A stretch of 49,677 nucleotides of DNA, counting the filler, from Sphacelaria rigidula (lineage: Eukaryota): assembly GCA_964200075.2 (NCBI GenBank). It is 3 parts of 3 records of this genome, joined end to end, with 100 filler letters (N's around TTAATTAATTAA, not from the genome) between each part and the next. Parts side by side here need not be neighbours in the genome. Positions count along the whole stretch, not along the records: positions 33,187 to 49,677 come from CAXNAA020001338.1; 2 more parts are not named here. The stretch is one strand, 5' to 3'. The notes below the pieces were generated by a model. It made no database searches and was not told the DNA's origin. It saw only the letters and a list, made by a program, of their open reading frames with translations. A program made the translations under genes and the position numbers. Below are positions 36,640 through 47,269 of the stretch, piece after piece; the first letter of the stretch is position 1; the number at the start of each line of letters is the position of its first letter.

Positions 36640-37895
36640 TGAAACAGATCTCAAGAAAGGACTGGCGCATACCCAGCGTGTTAGCAAGGCTTCTCGATAG
36701 CAGCTGTCCGGATATACAGCTGGCTGCCTCTGGATGCCTTGCACGTAAACCCAAACCATGACGAGGTATATATATGCGATTGCCTTCTGGATATAAGATC
36801 ATTGGCCCGAGAGCTCAGTAGGGATGTGGTCAGCGGATCCTCAGTGATGAGGCAGTGGAAGCAGCATGAGACAAGTGCCAGGATTGCAGAGTCGTGGTGT
36901 CGTGTACTGTATTGATTATTGCTGCTGCTATGCCTAGATTCGAAAAGAAGTGTGAGCAACGAAGTGATCTTCGGGGGGTGCCCCCCTGATTGCGTAGAAG
37001 TGGAACATGAAACATGTCTAATCCTAGCAAACGGAGGAAGGCGTAACGCTGTCTTAGGACCTGGAACGATTCCTGGATCGATCCGTGACATCTCTGAGAT
37101 GGCACAGTTGAACCCAGATGTTTCTCATTGAGGGGCTCGTAAAGCTAAGGACCTCAGAAAAACCTTGTGCACCCTTACCGTGGCACCACTCCCGGGGGAG
37201 CTACTTAAGAGGTGTTGACACGCTACGTACAGGGTAATGTACACGGTATCCTGAGGTAGTGCAGTTCGATTCCACGTAGGGAACGACGAAAACTGTAGCT
37301 ACTACCACCATTTCGCAGTTGGGTACCGAGGTTTGTTTTCGATTACCGCAGTGTCCGCAATGATTTCATTTCGCCGCCATAATAATGCTGCCATCCAACC
37401 GTGCCGTGCCGCAGTAGTTCCGGAAATCCACATACGGATACAAAATATGCGTGACATGAGGGACTAGCCTCCTTTCTAGGGACGGACGTAGAAAACGCGT
37501 ATTTCGAACCGCTTGGCCAATTCGACCAGATGATGGCTCAAACGAACGCTCTCAAATACAGCATGACGTAAATACATACTGTAGGTCGGTCAACAGTTAT
37601 GGCATGGATGTGTTCCAGGATTAAAAAAAAAGTGACATCACGACTTGATCAACGTGCCTGCATGAAGATTCCGAAAAATAACCGGATAGCCCCTCAACGT
37701 GTTGTGTCGAGTCAGCATAAGTACCGGTATGGAGCTGTGAGCTGGAGCTCTCGTTAGAGCCACACCTCGACACCGGTCTCGTCGACACTCGAAGATTGCA
37801 CCACACCCTGGACAATAGATAACATTGCCGTAAAGTCTACTGCGTACAGTATCGACTATATTGCGTGTATTTCAATATAATAGAATTCCATACTG

Positions 37896-38200
37896 GATAC
37901 TTTCTACGATAGCCCCCCCCCAAAAAGTGGCACAGACGGCGAAACAGGACGGGGACAAGATATGTAAAAGGTTTGTGTGCAATGTATGGAAGAAACGTAA
38001 TGAGCGCCGAAATGTTGAAGGTGTCTCTACTAGGAGTAGGAACGGTGCTCCGTCTCGAGGAATGCGTGTTCAATGATCAAATGACTAAGACAGGCAACAA
38101 ATGAGGACGCCACACCCCCCAAAAAGTGGCTGGTTCGGGGAGGCAAAATCTACATGTAAATCGAAATAAAAAAAACAAGCACAACGAGCAGCTGGAACTA
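37896..38200. mobile_element. MITE family B, partial longer copy
   Basis: GATACTTTCTACGATAGCCCCCCCC TIR plus GGGAGGCAAAA...GTAAATCGAAAT...GCACAACGAGCAGCTGG shared with 27588-27835. Confidence 0.65.
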
Positions 38201-38482
38201 GACTTCTCTTTTGTCCACGCACAAGCACAAGTCGATCGTCCTTATCGCCAATTCAGCCTTGAGGTTCCAGCGTCGGTCGAAAACTCATTATCACCTCTCC
38301 GCACTAGAAGTAATTGATTCACCTGTCGGGAACATCTCACACAACCCCAACAGCATATTCCCTAGTCTACTCCCACAAACCAGTTCCCCAGGAATTACCG
38401 GAAATCACAGACTCCCACAGGCTACCCACCACATGGGTGGCATCTCCCCATTGACCACTTGCGCTAAAAAGCACAGTTCAGC

Positions 38483-39202
38483 TCACACGCCAGAAAAGTC
38501 GTCGGAATCAGGGAATCCATGTACCGCCGGCTGTGAGCTCCCCTTTCGCCTTCTTCCCCACCCTCTCCTAGGCTTCGGCTCATTTCCCCCTACTTCCTTG
38601 ACATTCCCGATGACGACGTTGCCCTTTTCCCGCGATCGGCCAACCCCCGACGACACCGCTTCGTCATTCTCCACTGAAGCTGGGATTGAAATACGGACAC
38701 TTGGTCGATAGGTCACCCTATCCGCGTCAAACTCGACTTTTCCGGGCCGAGACATCGTTCCCACCTCCAAGTCGTCGACCGCGTCAAGATTGCTTCGTTT
38801 TTGAGCCACTCCGCATCGTGTATCCGCCGCCATACCTTCTAACGCACTACCGCCCATCGCACGGAACGAGGGGTCACGGCGAGGTAAATCCCCGGCGCAA
38901 TAGGTTCGCTGTCGATCGGTGGATGACCTCGCCGTCTCTCCTACGATAACCCCCTGAGCATTCAAATCCCTGCTGTCACTAGATTCATCCTCCCCCGAAA
39001 TGCCAACGTTCTGGACAGAGAAATGTGTCTGTTTTTCCTCACCCTTCGGCGAGGCATCATCCTTCGACGAGGCATCATCCTTCGGCGATTCCCCGTGGTC
39101 ACCCTTGTACTCACTGGCGGACGTCTCTTCAAGCACCAGTGTGTCTAATGAGCGTCGCGTAACAGCCGTAGGCGCTCGCGTTCGATCTTCCTTGGAGGCT
39201 TG
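38483..39202 (-). CDS. Gene 4 terminal exon, low complexity
   Basis: Pyrimidine tract and cacag|CAA; 720 nt to TGA; contains an 18-bp tandem (KDDASS/KDDASP). Confidence 0.75.
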   Translation of the reverse strand, partial: QASKEDRTRAPTAVTRRSLDTLVLEETSASEYKGDHGESPKDDASSKDDASPKGEEKQTHFSVQNVGISGEDESSDSRDLNAQGVIVGETARSSTDRQRTYCAGDLPRRDPSFRAMGGSALEGMAADTRCGVAQKRSNLDAVDDLEVGTMSRPGKVEFDADRVTYRPSVRISIPASVENDEAVSSGVGRSREKGNVVIGNVKEVGGNEPKPRRGWGRRRKGSSQPAVHGFPDSDDFSGV

Positions 39203-42200
39203 CTGTGTAGCGTGGGAGAAAGCGTGGAGAAGAAACGCGAATTCTGCGTTACACATCTTTTTTATTTTGCTTTCCTTTTTTAGTCTACTCTCTTTGTCTG
39301 TTCTATCTTTTTTTGTGTGTGTGTGTTTTCTTCATTTTTTTTCGGCAGCGAGTGTGTCAGTTTTGCTTGTCTTGGGAACGTCTATCATGGGACCACGGCT
39401 GGATCCCTGCGGGATCGGTTCAAGCGCGGCAATCAATCAATCAATCAACCAATGTGAGTCATTGTGCGACAATCAGCCAATATAGACGCTGTTACTGGTC
39501 AAGGGGAGCCGTAAGGTGGTCATATCGCCTGTGGTGCCGGAGCGAAAAAGTTTATCGGAACATGGCACTCGGGGGTGCATTCCCGCAGACATATGCCTCA
39601 ACCCCGTTCCCAGGTAAGTATCTACTGCGTTCCTCTTCACTGCAGCTTTATGTATTCGCGGAATCTCCGCGACAAATTTTCTTCAAGATGCGTGACATAT
39701 GCAACTATCCACGAACGAACGAAGGAAACCTGTGCTTGCAGCCATGCTCGTCGAGCTTTATTTTCCTCCTGACGAGCTTTGAATCTCTCCTGTCGCTGTT
39801 TTCTCCTGGCCTCGCGTTGTGCCGTGTTTCCGCGGTCGTCAAAAATGGAGCTGGTCACTCGGCGGAGAGCGCCGGTGCGATCGAAGTAGAAGGATTCCGG
39901 ACTGGATATTTCGTCGATTATTGACTGTATTCCTTTCACCTATTGTAGCGGGTGGGAGATTGCAGTGCGTAACATCGCCAACGCGTCAGTCTGCAATGAT
40001 CAGCACAAAACCTGATGATGTTTGCGGTGACCGCGGGTGTTGCGACGTGTGGCTGGTAGCAGCATGCTGTAAGCGGCAAGGTGCTGTAGTGTGAGCGGGG
40101 CAAGGCGCTGAATATATGTGTGTTTTTAATCGTCATTCTTATATTCATGTGCTCGTTGTTTCTCCGTGATATGTCGCGCCCCGGTGGTGTAATGATCTGA
40201 GTATCGCCTGTTGGGTGGAGAGAACGAGGGTACGATTCCCGGTGCGTTGGGTTTTTTCTTCGTAGCATCTGACTTCCACCGTGTAAAGCATGCGAACGCG
40301 AGTGAACAAAGTAGTTGACTGAGTTCGATTCCTGATGCGTCGGGTTTTTTCTTCGTAGTATCTGACTTCCACCGTGTAAAGCGTGAGAACGTGAGTAAAC
40401 AAAGTAGTTGACTGAGTGTGTTTGACGTGAGTTGACGCGGTGCGGCAGTGGTGATAGTCATGACCCAATCCGCGGGACCAAAATGCAAGGCATGTACCCG
40501 GGAAAGATCGGTTGATCCCTTAAGACCATGGGCCCGTCCCGAGGAAGGGGGGGGATTCAAAGTGCGACACATAAATAATAAAAAATAATATATATTAATA
40601 TAAATAAATGTCAGGCATTGATGGGGAGCACCTTCCAGATCACGGATGTTTCAATTGCATCAACACCTCTCCCCTCACCAGCTGTGTTCGGTTCGGCCCG
40701 ACGTGATGTTCCGTGGATGTAAAGACGTACACCTGGCCGTTATCGCGTTGAAGGGTGAAGGTCTTTTCCTTGTCAGGGAGAGGAGTCGCGCGTGCTTGCA
40801 TCGACTTGGTGGGAAAATCTCGCTTGGGGTATCCCGCGTAGCAGCTCTGTAAAAGATAGTGATGCACAGAGGTACACATCAACACGGCGAGTACGCGACG
40901 GGCAAAAGGAGAAACAGTGCCGCGCACAGAGGGATGCTACGGTAGGGGTGCACAACTACTTTCTGAGGTAAGACTTGTTAGGAGGCCTTTATCTCATTCA
41001 AAACACGGCTTACGAAATATGTGAGAGTACGCCAGGATTATCATTCCGATATGCTAGGGATATCCCGAATGAATTTGCAAACGGGGATGCTCTGATCCAT
41101 ATAATTGTGCATCTGGAATCCTTAGGAGCCCCTGAACCAGACAAGATTTTGCGCAAAAAGTGAACCCCCCACCGTAGCATTATAGGGCTAAAATCGCCTG
41201 CTGCCGAGGATGCTTGTTGTCTTCTGTCCTCCAGCTGCGCGCGGACCAGGTAACAAAAATGCGTATCCCAGGTGCGGTTGTAGCAAAAAAATACAACCGG
41301 CATGACCCGAGTAGTGGGTCTCGTCTGATTGTTATAGCACAGCGAAGTGAAACCGCGGTAGAGTCATGCTACGATAGGGGGGGGGGGTGTTCGATTCCAC
41401 GAAAAAATGGGCTCATAGGGGCGGGGCGGGGGGCGTCAGACGACCCAACACACTCCCGGTGCGCTTGTATTTGGGTAAAAGCGATGCCAAACCAAACAGT
41501 ATGAATAAGCGTTACAAATCGGAAGCAAGCGCGTTCGAACTATCGTTTTTGCTGTTATCAACGACGATCGCAAGTAGAATTTCGTGGAAGAAAGCGGCCC
41601 AAAATACTCCCCCCTCGCTATTGTAGCATGACTCAGTACTTGCTTTTTTTCCCATCACATGCCCGGCACTACCGCATCATGAGCGCTTTTGCAAACGCAA
41701 GCGCGCACACCTTGAGGGCGATGAGAGGTACGCTACCCGTCTTGACCGCCGCAACGCCCACGCTCCAGCAGAGACAATCCAGTTTCCCGTTTGGCTTGAG
41801 AGTCACTTTTCTTAAAGCCCCGTCTTTTTGGCGATAAAAGTTAACCGAAAACCTGACCAACCCACGAGATTCAATACTTGGCACGTTAGAATGTACACAC
41901 AAGACGAGAGGGTGATTTCTGTCTGGGTGCGGAACTCAAGCAGTGGTGCGGCCGTTTCCACACGCCGACCATTTCATCGATATCAGAGCAGTGCTACGGT
42001 AGGGGTGCACTTTTTGCGCGAAATCTTGTCTGGTTCAGGGGCTCCTAACGATTCTAGATTGCACAAGAATATGGCTCAGGGCATCCCTGTTTGCAAATTC
42101 ATTCGGGGTATCTCTAGCACATTGAAATAGAAATCGTCGCGTACTCTCTGGTATTTTATAAGTCGTGTTTTGGATGAGGTGAAGGGCTCCTGACAAGTCT

Positions 42201-45200
42201 AACCCCAGAAAATAGTTGTGCACCCCTACCGTAGCATCACTCATCGTCAACAGAAGATGAGTTGCGGGACTATAGTACAGTCGAAGACGAGACAGCGATG
42301 GTTTCGTAATGTTTTCACTGCAGAGAAGAAGCATGTCGACGGGAAAAAACGCGGTTGGTTGGTGAGAACTCGAGACGCTCACCAAACAGAAGGTTCAGCC
42401 AACTTTTATCGCGACAAGTTCAAATAGGAACAAAACGCGGTGAAACTGAAGGTGAGCTAATGGTATAGGGTCAGTATTTCGATGTTATTTTGATCACACA
42501 AGTGTTTTTTTTTAAATGTGTTCCTTGTGTCTCTCGTTTTTGTTCAGTCTGCATACTCCGTCGGTTCCGTAGTTGTCCTTTTTTCTTCCCTTTTTCAAGT
42601 TCTCCTTCGGCGAATGTTTCCGTTAATGTACCTTCGGTACTTCGATGATGTGGATAATGACCACAGCTGGATTCGTGGCGGATCACTCACTCAGCGTGCG
42701 ACAACCAATCAATCGACGTGATCGCTAACCCCCGTCAACTTGACCGCGACACCACCCACCCCTCACTGCGAAGATTCCTCTTGAACCGTTTCTGCTCTCT
42801 TTTGAGGTGCTCACTCGCGAAGTGCTGCTCGCGCAGCGACGGGAGACGGTTTCTAGTCGCCCTCCCTCGAGCGATCGCCTGTACCCGAACGGCAGCTCGT
42901 TCATCGCGCTCGCGGTGCCTCATCAGAACCCGTTCCTGCCAATGTGGCGAACGATCGGAGACGGGACAATCTGTGGTACATTGACATCGTCGTGGCAAAC
43001 TCTTCATAAATTGAGAGCAAGATTTCGTCCGCGCCCAGAATATATGCCGCTTCCCGGTGACCCCGTGAACGAGAGCAACCTCGAGCCGCTGAGCTCAGGC
43101 TGCCACAGCGGTGCAATTGAATGGTGCTACGGAAGTAGTGCACACATATTTTTTCAGGTTTTGAATTTGTTAGGAGCCCTCTCTCTCATGCGAAAAACGA
43201 CATACAAAATAGGTGAGAGCACGTTACGATGACCGATCCAATGCGCTAGGGATATATCCCAAATGAACTTGTAAACGGGAATGTCCTGATCCATATTTTT
43301 TTGTGGCTCCTAACTTGGGGAGCCCCTCAATGAGAAAGATCTGGGCCGAAACGTGCAGCCCCTACTATGGTAGGATGACTCCGTTGCACCCTACCTCATC
43401 CTTCTCGGCAGAAGGCGGGCCATCACCTCGCATTGCCCGGACAATCCCCGCCCACCACACGCGTCAGCAGCATAGTTCAACTATTACCGGTGGTGAAAAA
43501 AAAAAAAGCGGATCAAGGCGACCCCAACCAAGGGTAGTGGAGAAAATATAACAAGTAGAGCTCAGACAAACACGGAAGAGACGATCTGAATTCGGTACTT
43601 TCGCGTCCCAACAATCATGACGTACTATGCGGCTCTCGCATCCCCTACGACAGCAGGAGGGCCTCCACGTACGAACTTTTTAGAACCCCGACTGTTGTAA
43701 GCCATTTCTTTTTCCTAATTTGTTTGATCGTCGTACTTTAACTGATATCCCCGAGGTAGTCATGATCCAGTTTTGGTCATTTTCCACGTGATAGACGTAC
43801 GTACCCGAGACCAAAAAACTGAAACACTCGGTGAAGAAAGTGAAAAAAAAAAAAGAAAAAAATGGCAGAATAGACAAAACAGAGTAGACTGAGAAAAGCA
43901 CAAGGAAAAACAAAGACGCGAGAAAATTCCAATTTTCAAATTGGTTGTTGTCTCAGGCTATTCCAGATTCGGCATTAGATTTCTGTGACAGAAAACAAGA
44001 CACTCTCGTTTTCTTCGGAAAACTTTTCAAAAAACGAGCAGAACTTTTCAAAAAACGAGCAGAACTTTTCGAAAAACTGCTCAAACCATGACCCCATTAT
44101 CTGGAGTACAGGGTAGTACACTCAAGACAAGACAATTTTGCAGTGGTGTATGGAGTGCAGAGTACTACACTCAACACAAAACAACACAGAAGTTCTGCGG
44201 CATCACGAAAAATCACGCGCCGTTCTAATCGCGTTCCGCACGAGAAGGAGAAGAAGCAACAGCAGTAGTATCGGCAGCCTCTTTACTGCCAGTAGATGTA
44301 CGCGGCTGGGGGTGGGTCTAAATCAGCCGGTGCCGATTCGTGTGTGTGTCAGCGCTGTCCAGCACGGTGGCTGTCATTCGCAAGGTGCGTGGGTGTTGTC
44401 ACACGGTCGAAACGCGGACCGTCTACGATGAAGAGCAGCAGAAGCAGCAGCAGCAGCAGCAGCAGCAGCATCGCCGCCGGTTGATTCAGATCCACCCCCA
44501 GCCACGTACATTTACTGGCAATAAATATGCTGCTGATACTGCTGCTGCTGCTGCTTCTCGTGCGGACGGTCCACAGCACTTGACAGTCCCTCGCATACAC
44601 ACAAGATCTAGAGGACCTCGTTTGATATTTTGCTGGCGTCGGGTCAGCGGCCCGAAATTCCCCCCCCAGAGCGGAAAAGACCCTTTCAGCACATTTGGGT
44701 CATTTGCGAGTCAGCATCACCCTCAAACGCGAAAACCAAACTCGGCGACGTAGCTTGGGTGTGCGGGAAGCGCGCGCAAGAAACCGCAGTCCAATCCCCC
44801 GCTTCGGTGTCGAGTTGTAAGCGTTGCGCGATTGGCACTTTTGCGTTGAGGATCAGTAGCGTCTTTCGAGGTCGAAGATGGCAAATTAAAAAAATCGGTG
44901 CGCGTGGCGAGTATCCTTTGAAGTGTCGAACTACACAGGTAGAGTTGACAGAAGAAAGACAAGGCTGGCGGCTGCTTCATGTCAGGGCTCCAGTGCAGAA
45001 GCCAAGGCGTCGAGAGCGATTTTAGCACGAGTATGTGCGTTACATCTGTTGGCGACCGCGGTCATGTATTTAGTAACTGTCTGTATATACTATTGATAGT
45101 ATAAGAATGAGATGCAAACTATGCGATGTTTGACAACGGTTTCAGCGGAAAAGCCAAGGCGCGAAGAGTGATTTTGATTTCAGACTGCGCACCATGTATG

Positions 45201-46306
45201 CCTAGGTCCGCAGAGCCACGATGTTCAAATTGCTCAAATTCACTGCAGTTACGTTGGTGTGTAGCGGCCACAGCAGCTGCTGTTCGTGCTCTTGTTGTGT
45301 TATCTTCGCAATGACGTTAAACGTGGGGTGGCAGCTCGGGGGCGTGTGCTTCCCGACTGGTGCAGACAAAGGCAGGACACTCGCTAGTGCAACAAGATTG
45401 TCCATCTACTGATGTGGAGCGAGCTTTCCGGAGGAACAAAATCACCTCAACACCGACCACTCCCAGACTTGAATAAATGTACTAGAAATATACTTCATTT
45501 TTTATGAGCCAAATCGTCATTTGGTGACGCTTGTATTTTCCGTTGGTACTGTATGACTCATTGGATTACCGGCCACTTCTGACGCATGTAGCGTTCAGCT
45601 TGCACTTTCCATGAATATAGTACCGAAAATCTGCAATTCCTACCCATAACTGTACTGTCTAATTTTTGGCCAAGAACGAAACTGTTGTAATGCGTGAGAG
45701 GACCGCGTCGGAAGTTGAACATCACTATGGTTGGGGTTAAGGTTAGGGTTAGTGTTGGGGTCAGGGTCGTGGTACCTGCAGGGACTGGCCCGATTGGTTT
45801 TGGAAAACGTCGATACTGAGGTGGTTCGAGCTACGGTGCGGTCGGTCCTCTAAGCACGCGGTCCTGTCACCCACTACACTGTGACCTACGGAAAACGTAA
45901 AGGTGCTCTGGAACGGTCTGAGGTTTCAATATCCGCTGAGCCCTCTTCTCGGGGCAAAAACGACGGAGAAAGGTCAAAAAAGCATTTTTCGTCAACAAGT
46001 TATATTTTTTTCGATACATAAGAAGTATAGTATAACAAGTAGCCTAACAAAGGAAGAGAAAAATAGAAAATTGGAAGCGCGATTGCGAAGCAGAGCAATC
46101 AATAATATACAATAACTGGGAGCCATGAGACACCCAATGCTTGGAGTGTGCTACCTGTGCTTTGGCGTGCCACAGTAGCACGTTGGGCTAACCTTGAGGC
46201 GTTTCCGTAGCACCAAAACCGCCAGTCCATGTCGAATTCGCGTGACGGCTTCGAACTCGGCATCGCTGAACAACTTGGGGGCCTCGGATACGCTGAGGTC
46301 GTAGTT
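38483..46306 (-). CDS. Multi-exon gene: IQ calmodulin-binding motif(s), PLC-type PH-like domain, charged helix and low-complexity tail (gene 4, 5' part unresolved)
   Basis: Exons 46306-46193, 42935-42760, 41852-41711, 40846-40679, 39924-39730 and 39202-38483 splice in phase to 504 codons plus TGA. IQ motif AAVRVQAIARGRATRNRL; PH-like LRSEGFSVNFYRQKDGALRKVTLKPNGKLDCLCWS...VPLIALKSCYAGYP...KTFTLQRDNGQVYVFTS. Further candidate exons lie at 46.4-49.5 kb. Confidence 0.75.
39257..39453 (+). mobile_element. LINE 3' UTR/tail fragment
   Basis: T-rich tract, CAGCGAGTGTGTCAGTTTTGCTT, GACCACGGCTGGATCCCTG and a (CAAT)n tail; homologous to 47270-47570. Confidence 0.75.
39730..39924 (-). CDS. Gene 4 exon (SIIDEISS...AWLQAQ)
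   Basis: tacag|TCA ... CAG|gtttcc, 195 nt, phase 0-0. Confidence 0.75.
40176..40608 (+). mobile_element. tRNA-headed SINE with a LINE-like 3' end and an A/T-rich tail
   Basis: A-box-like TGGTGTAATGA (40185), B-box-like GGTACGATTCCC (40229), a tandem duplication of about 93 bp regenerating GTTCGATTCC (40323), 3' TTCAAAGTGCGACA resembling the LINE tails, then ATAAATAATAAAAAAT. Confidence 0.65.
40679..40846 (-). CDS. Gene 4 exon, C-terminal half of the PH-like domain
   Basis: ttttacag|AGC ... CTG|gtgagg, 168 nt, phase 0-0. Confidence 0.7.
40929..41183 (+). mobile_element. MITE family A copy (about 255 bp)
   Basis: TIRs GATGCTACGGTAGGGGTGCAC ... GTGAACCCCCCACCGTAGCAT. Confidence 0.85.
41711..41852 (-). 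CDS. Gene 4 exon, N-terminal half of the PH-like domain
   Basis: gtcag|G ... AAG|gtgtgc, 142 nt, phase 2-0. Confidence 0.75.
41986..42242 (-). mobile_element. MITE family A copy, inverted
   Basis: GTGCTACGGTAGGGGTGCAC ... GTGCACCCCTACCGTAGCATCACTC; the interior is the reverse complement of 40929-41183. Confidence 0.85.
42760..42935 (-). CDS. Gene 4 IQ-motif exon
   Basis: ggcag|GAA ... GG|gtgggt, 176 nt, phase 0-2. Confidence 0.8.
43119..43375 (+). mobile_element. MITE family A copy, diverged
   Basis: GTGCTACGGAAGTAGTGCAC...TTGTTAGGAGCCCT...GCTAGGGATAT...CTGATCCATAT...GTGCAGCCCCTAC, colinear with 40929-41183. Confidence 0.75.
43715..43915 (-). mobile_element. LINE 3' tail fragment, inverted
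   Basis: Minus strand: AGTCTACTCTG...CGAGTGTTTCAGTTTT...CTGGATC...TCAGTTAAAGTACGACGATCAAAC. Confidence 0.65.
44021..44077. repeat. 21-bp tandem repeat (about 2.7 copies)
   Basis: AACTTTTCAAAAAACGAGCAG twice plus a partial copy. Confidence 0.85.
44235..44566. repeat. Long imperfect inverted repeat (arms about 100 bp) with (CAG)n in the spacer
   Basis: Arm 44235-44337 is the reverse complement of 44470-44566, e.g. TGCCAGTAGATGTACGCGGCTGGGGGTGG versus CCACCCCCAGCCACGTACATTTACTGGCA. Confidence 0.85.
45691..45873. mobile_element. Small MITE with 18-bp TIRs and internal degenerate TTAGGG-like repeats
   Basis: TGCGTGAGAGGACCGCGT ... ACGCGGTCCTGTCACCCA (16/18 match); GGTTGGGGTTAAGGTTAGGGTTAGTGTTGGGGTCAGGGTC at 45729-45768. 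Confidence 0.6.
46193..46306 (-). CDS. Gene 4 exon (NYDLSVSE...LRKRLK)
   Basis: gacag|AAC ... AAG|gttagc, 114 nt, phase 0-0. Confidence 0.6.
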
Positions 46307-47269
46307 CTGTCCACAGTTACAGCAGAAAACGAACGTCAAGATATCGATCCCTGTTTTCAATAATCGAGGAACTCTTCCGCCTACATATACGTCTACTACG
46401 GCAGTGTGCAGAAGGGTCAAGGGTCATACAGGTTCGATCCGGCTGCCCTGTTCTTGTGCGTCTCTCGTACTGCTCGTTGATATGTGGCGTAGGCAGCCCC
46501 CTGAAGAAGTACCAGGTAGAAGCGTGCAGGACCACACCAGTCGGATTGCGGACTTGTAGTAGCTATGTCGCCGCCAGAGTTGCTGAAGGTTGACAAGGTC
46601 CATGGCGTTCCCGACAGCATCAACTTGTTTCGTGCTGTGAGCACTCGATACTGGTGGGAAATCGAGATGATTTCGAATAATGCTCACTCGAGGCGTAGCG
46701 TCGGCTGCATCCGCTCGTACTTGCCCAATGAATTTGTTGCACCGCGATGACCTTGCTGAAAAATTTCATACTTCGAAGCACGCCTTTTGTTACCGCCGCG
46801 ACGTAATGGCCACAGCGGGGGTCGAGACACACACCTGCCAGTACTGTGAGATGCCAGCGTCAGCCGCGTCAGTTTCTGCAGGGCTGGCCTTGAGGTTGGA
46901 CGCTGCACTTTCCGGCGCGTGATCCTGTGACCTAGTAGTTCCCACAACGACGATGGCAGAGCGGATGAAGTTCTAGGGTCGGCCAAGTGCACCAACACGC
47001 TATAGCTTCCTATTTCTGGGATGCATATTGATTTGTTTCACATCCTGGACAATATATCCCATTGTCAAAAAGTGCACTGCGTACAACTTTGAATATTTTG
47101 TCTATTACAATGGATGCAATATTCGGTACTGTACACAGTACACTTTTCTTTTCGACAATGTTATCTATCGTCTAGGGTATGGTTTGTTCTCGCTTGGAGT
47201 TGTCGCAACACGCGAGGATTACTCGTCAGGCTACGTCGCACATATTATTGATGCACAAGCGCGTCGTAC

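Larger units (their letters stand above)
35188..37090 (-). mobile_element. Young non-autonomous LTR retrotransposon (TRIM/LARD-like, about 1.9 kb)
   Basis: 451-bp LTRs at 36640-37090 (5', TG...CA) and 35200-35650 (3') differ at 8 positions by my count; PBS at 36611-36639; PPT CTAGGGGGGG abuts the 3' LTR; TSD TCTCT at 35183-35187 and 37091-37095; no pol. Confidence 0.92.
35141..37194. mobile_element. MITE family A copy split by the LTR element
   Basis: Left TIR GGGAGTGATGCCGTGGTAGGGGTGCAC (35141) and right TIR GTGCACCCTTACCGTGGCACCACTCCC (about 37168-37194) enclose the LTR element. Confidence 0.7.

Noticed and set aside
36611-37285. tRNA genes suggested by GTTCGATCC (36616) and GTTCGATTCC (37264)
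   Set aside because: No complete cloverleaf; the first is the PBS of the LTR element, the second an isolated B-box-like match
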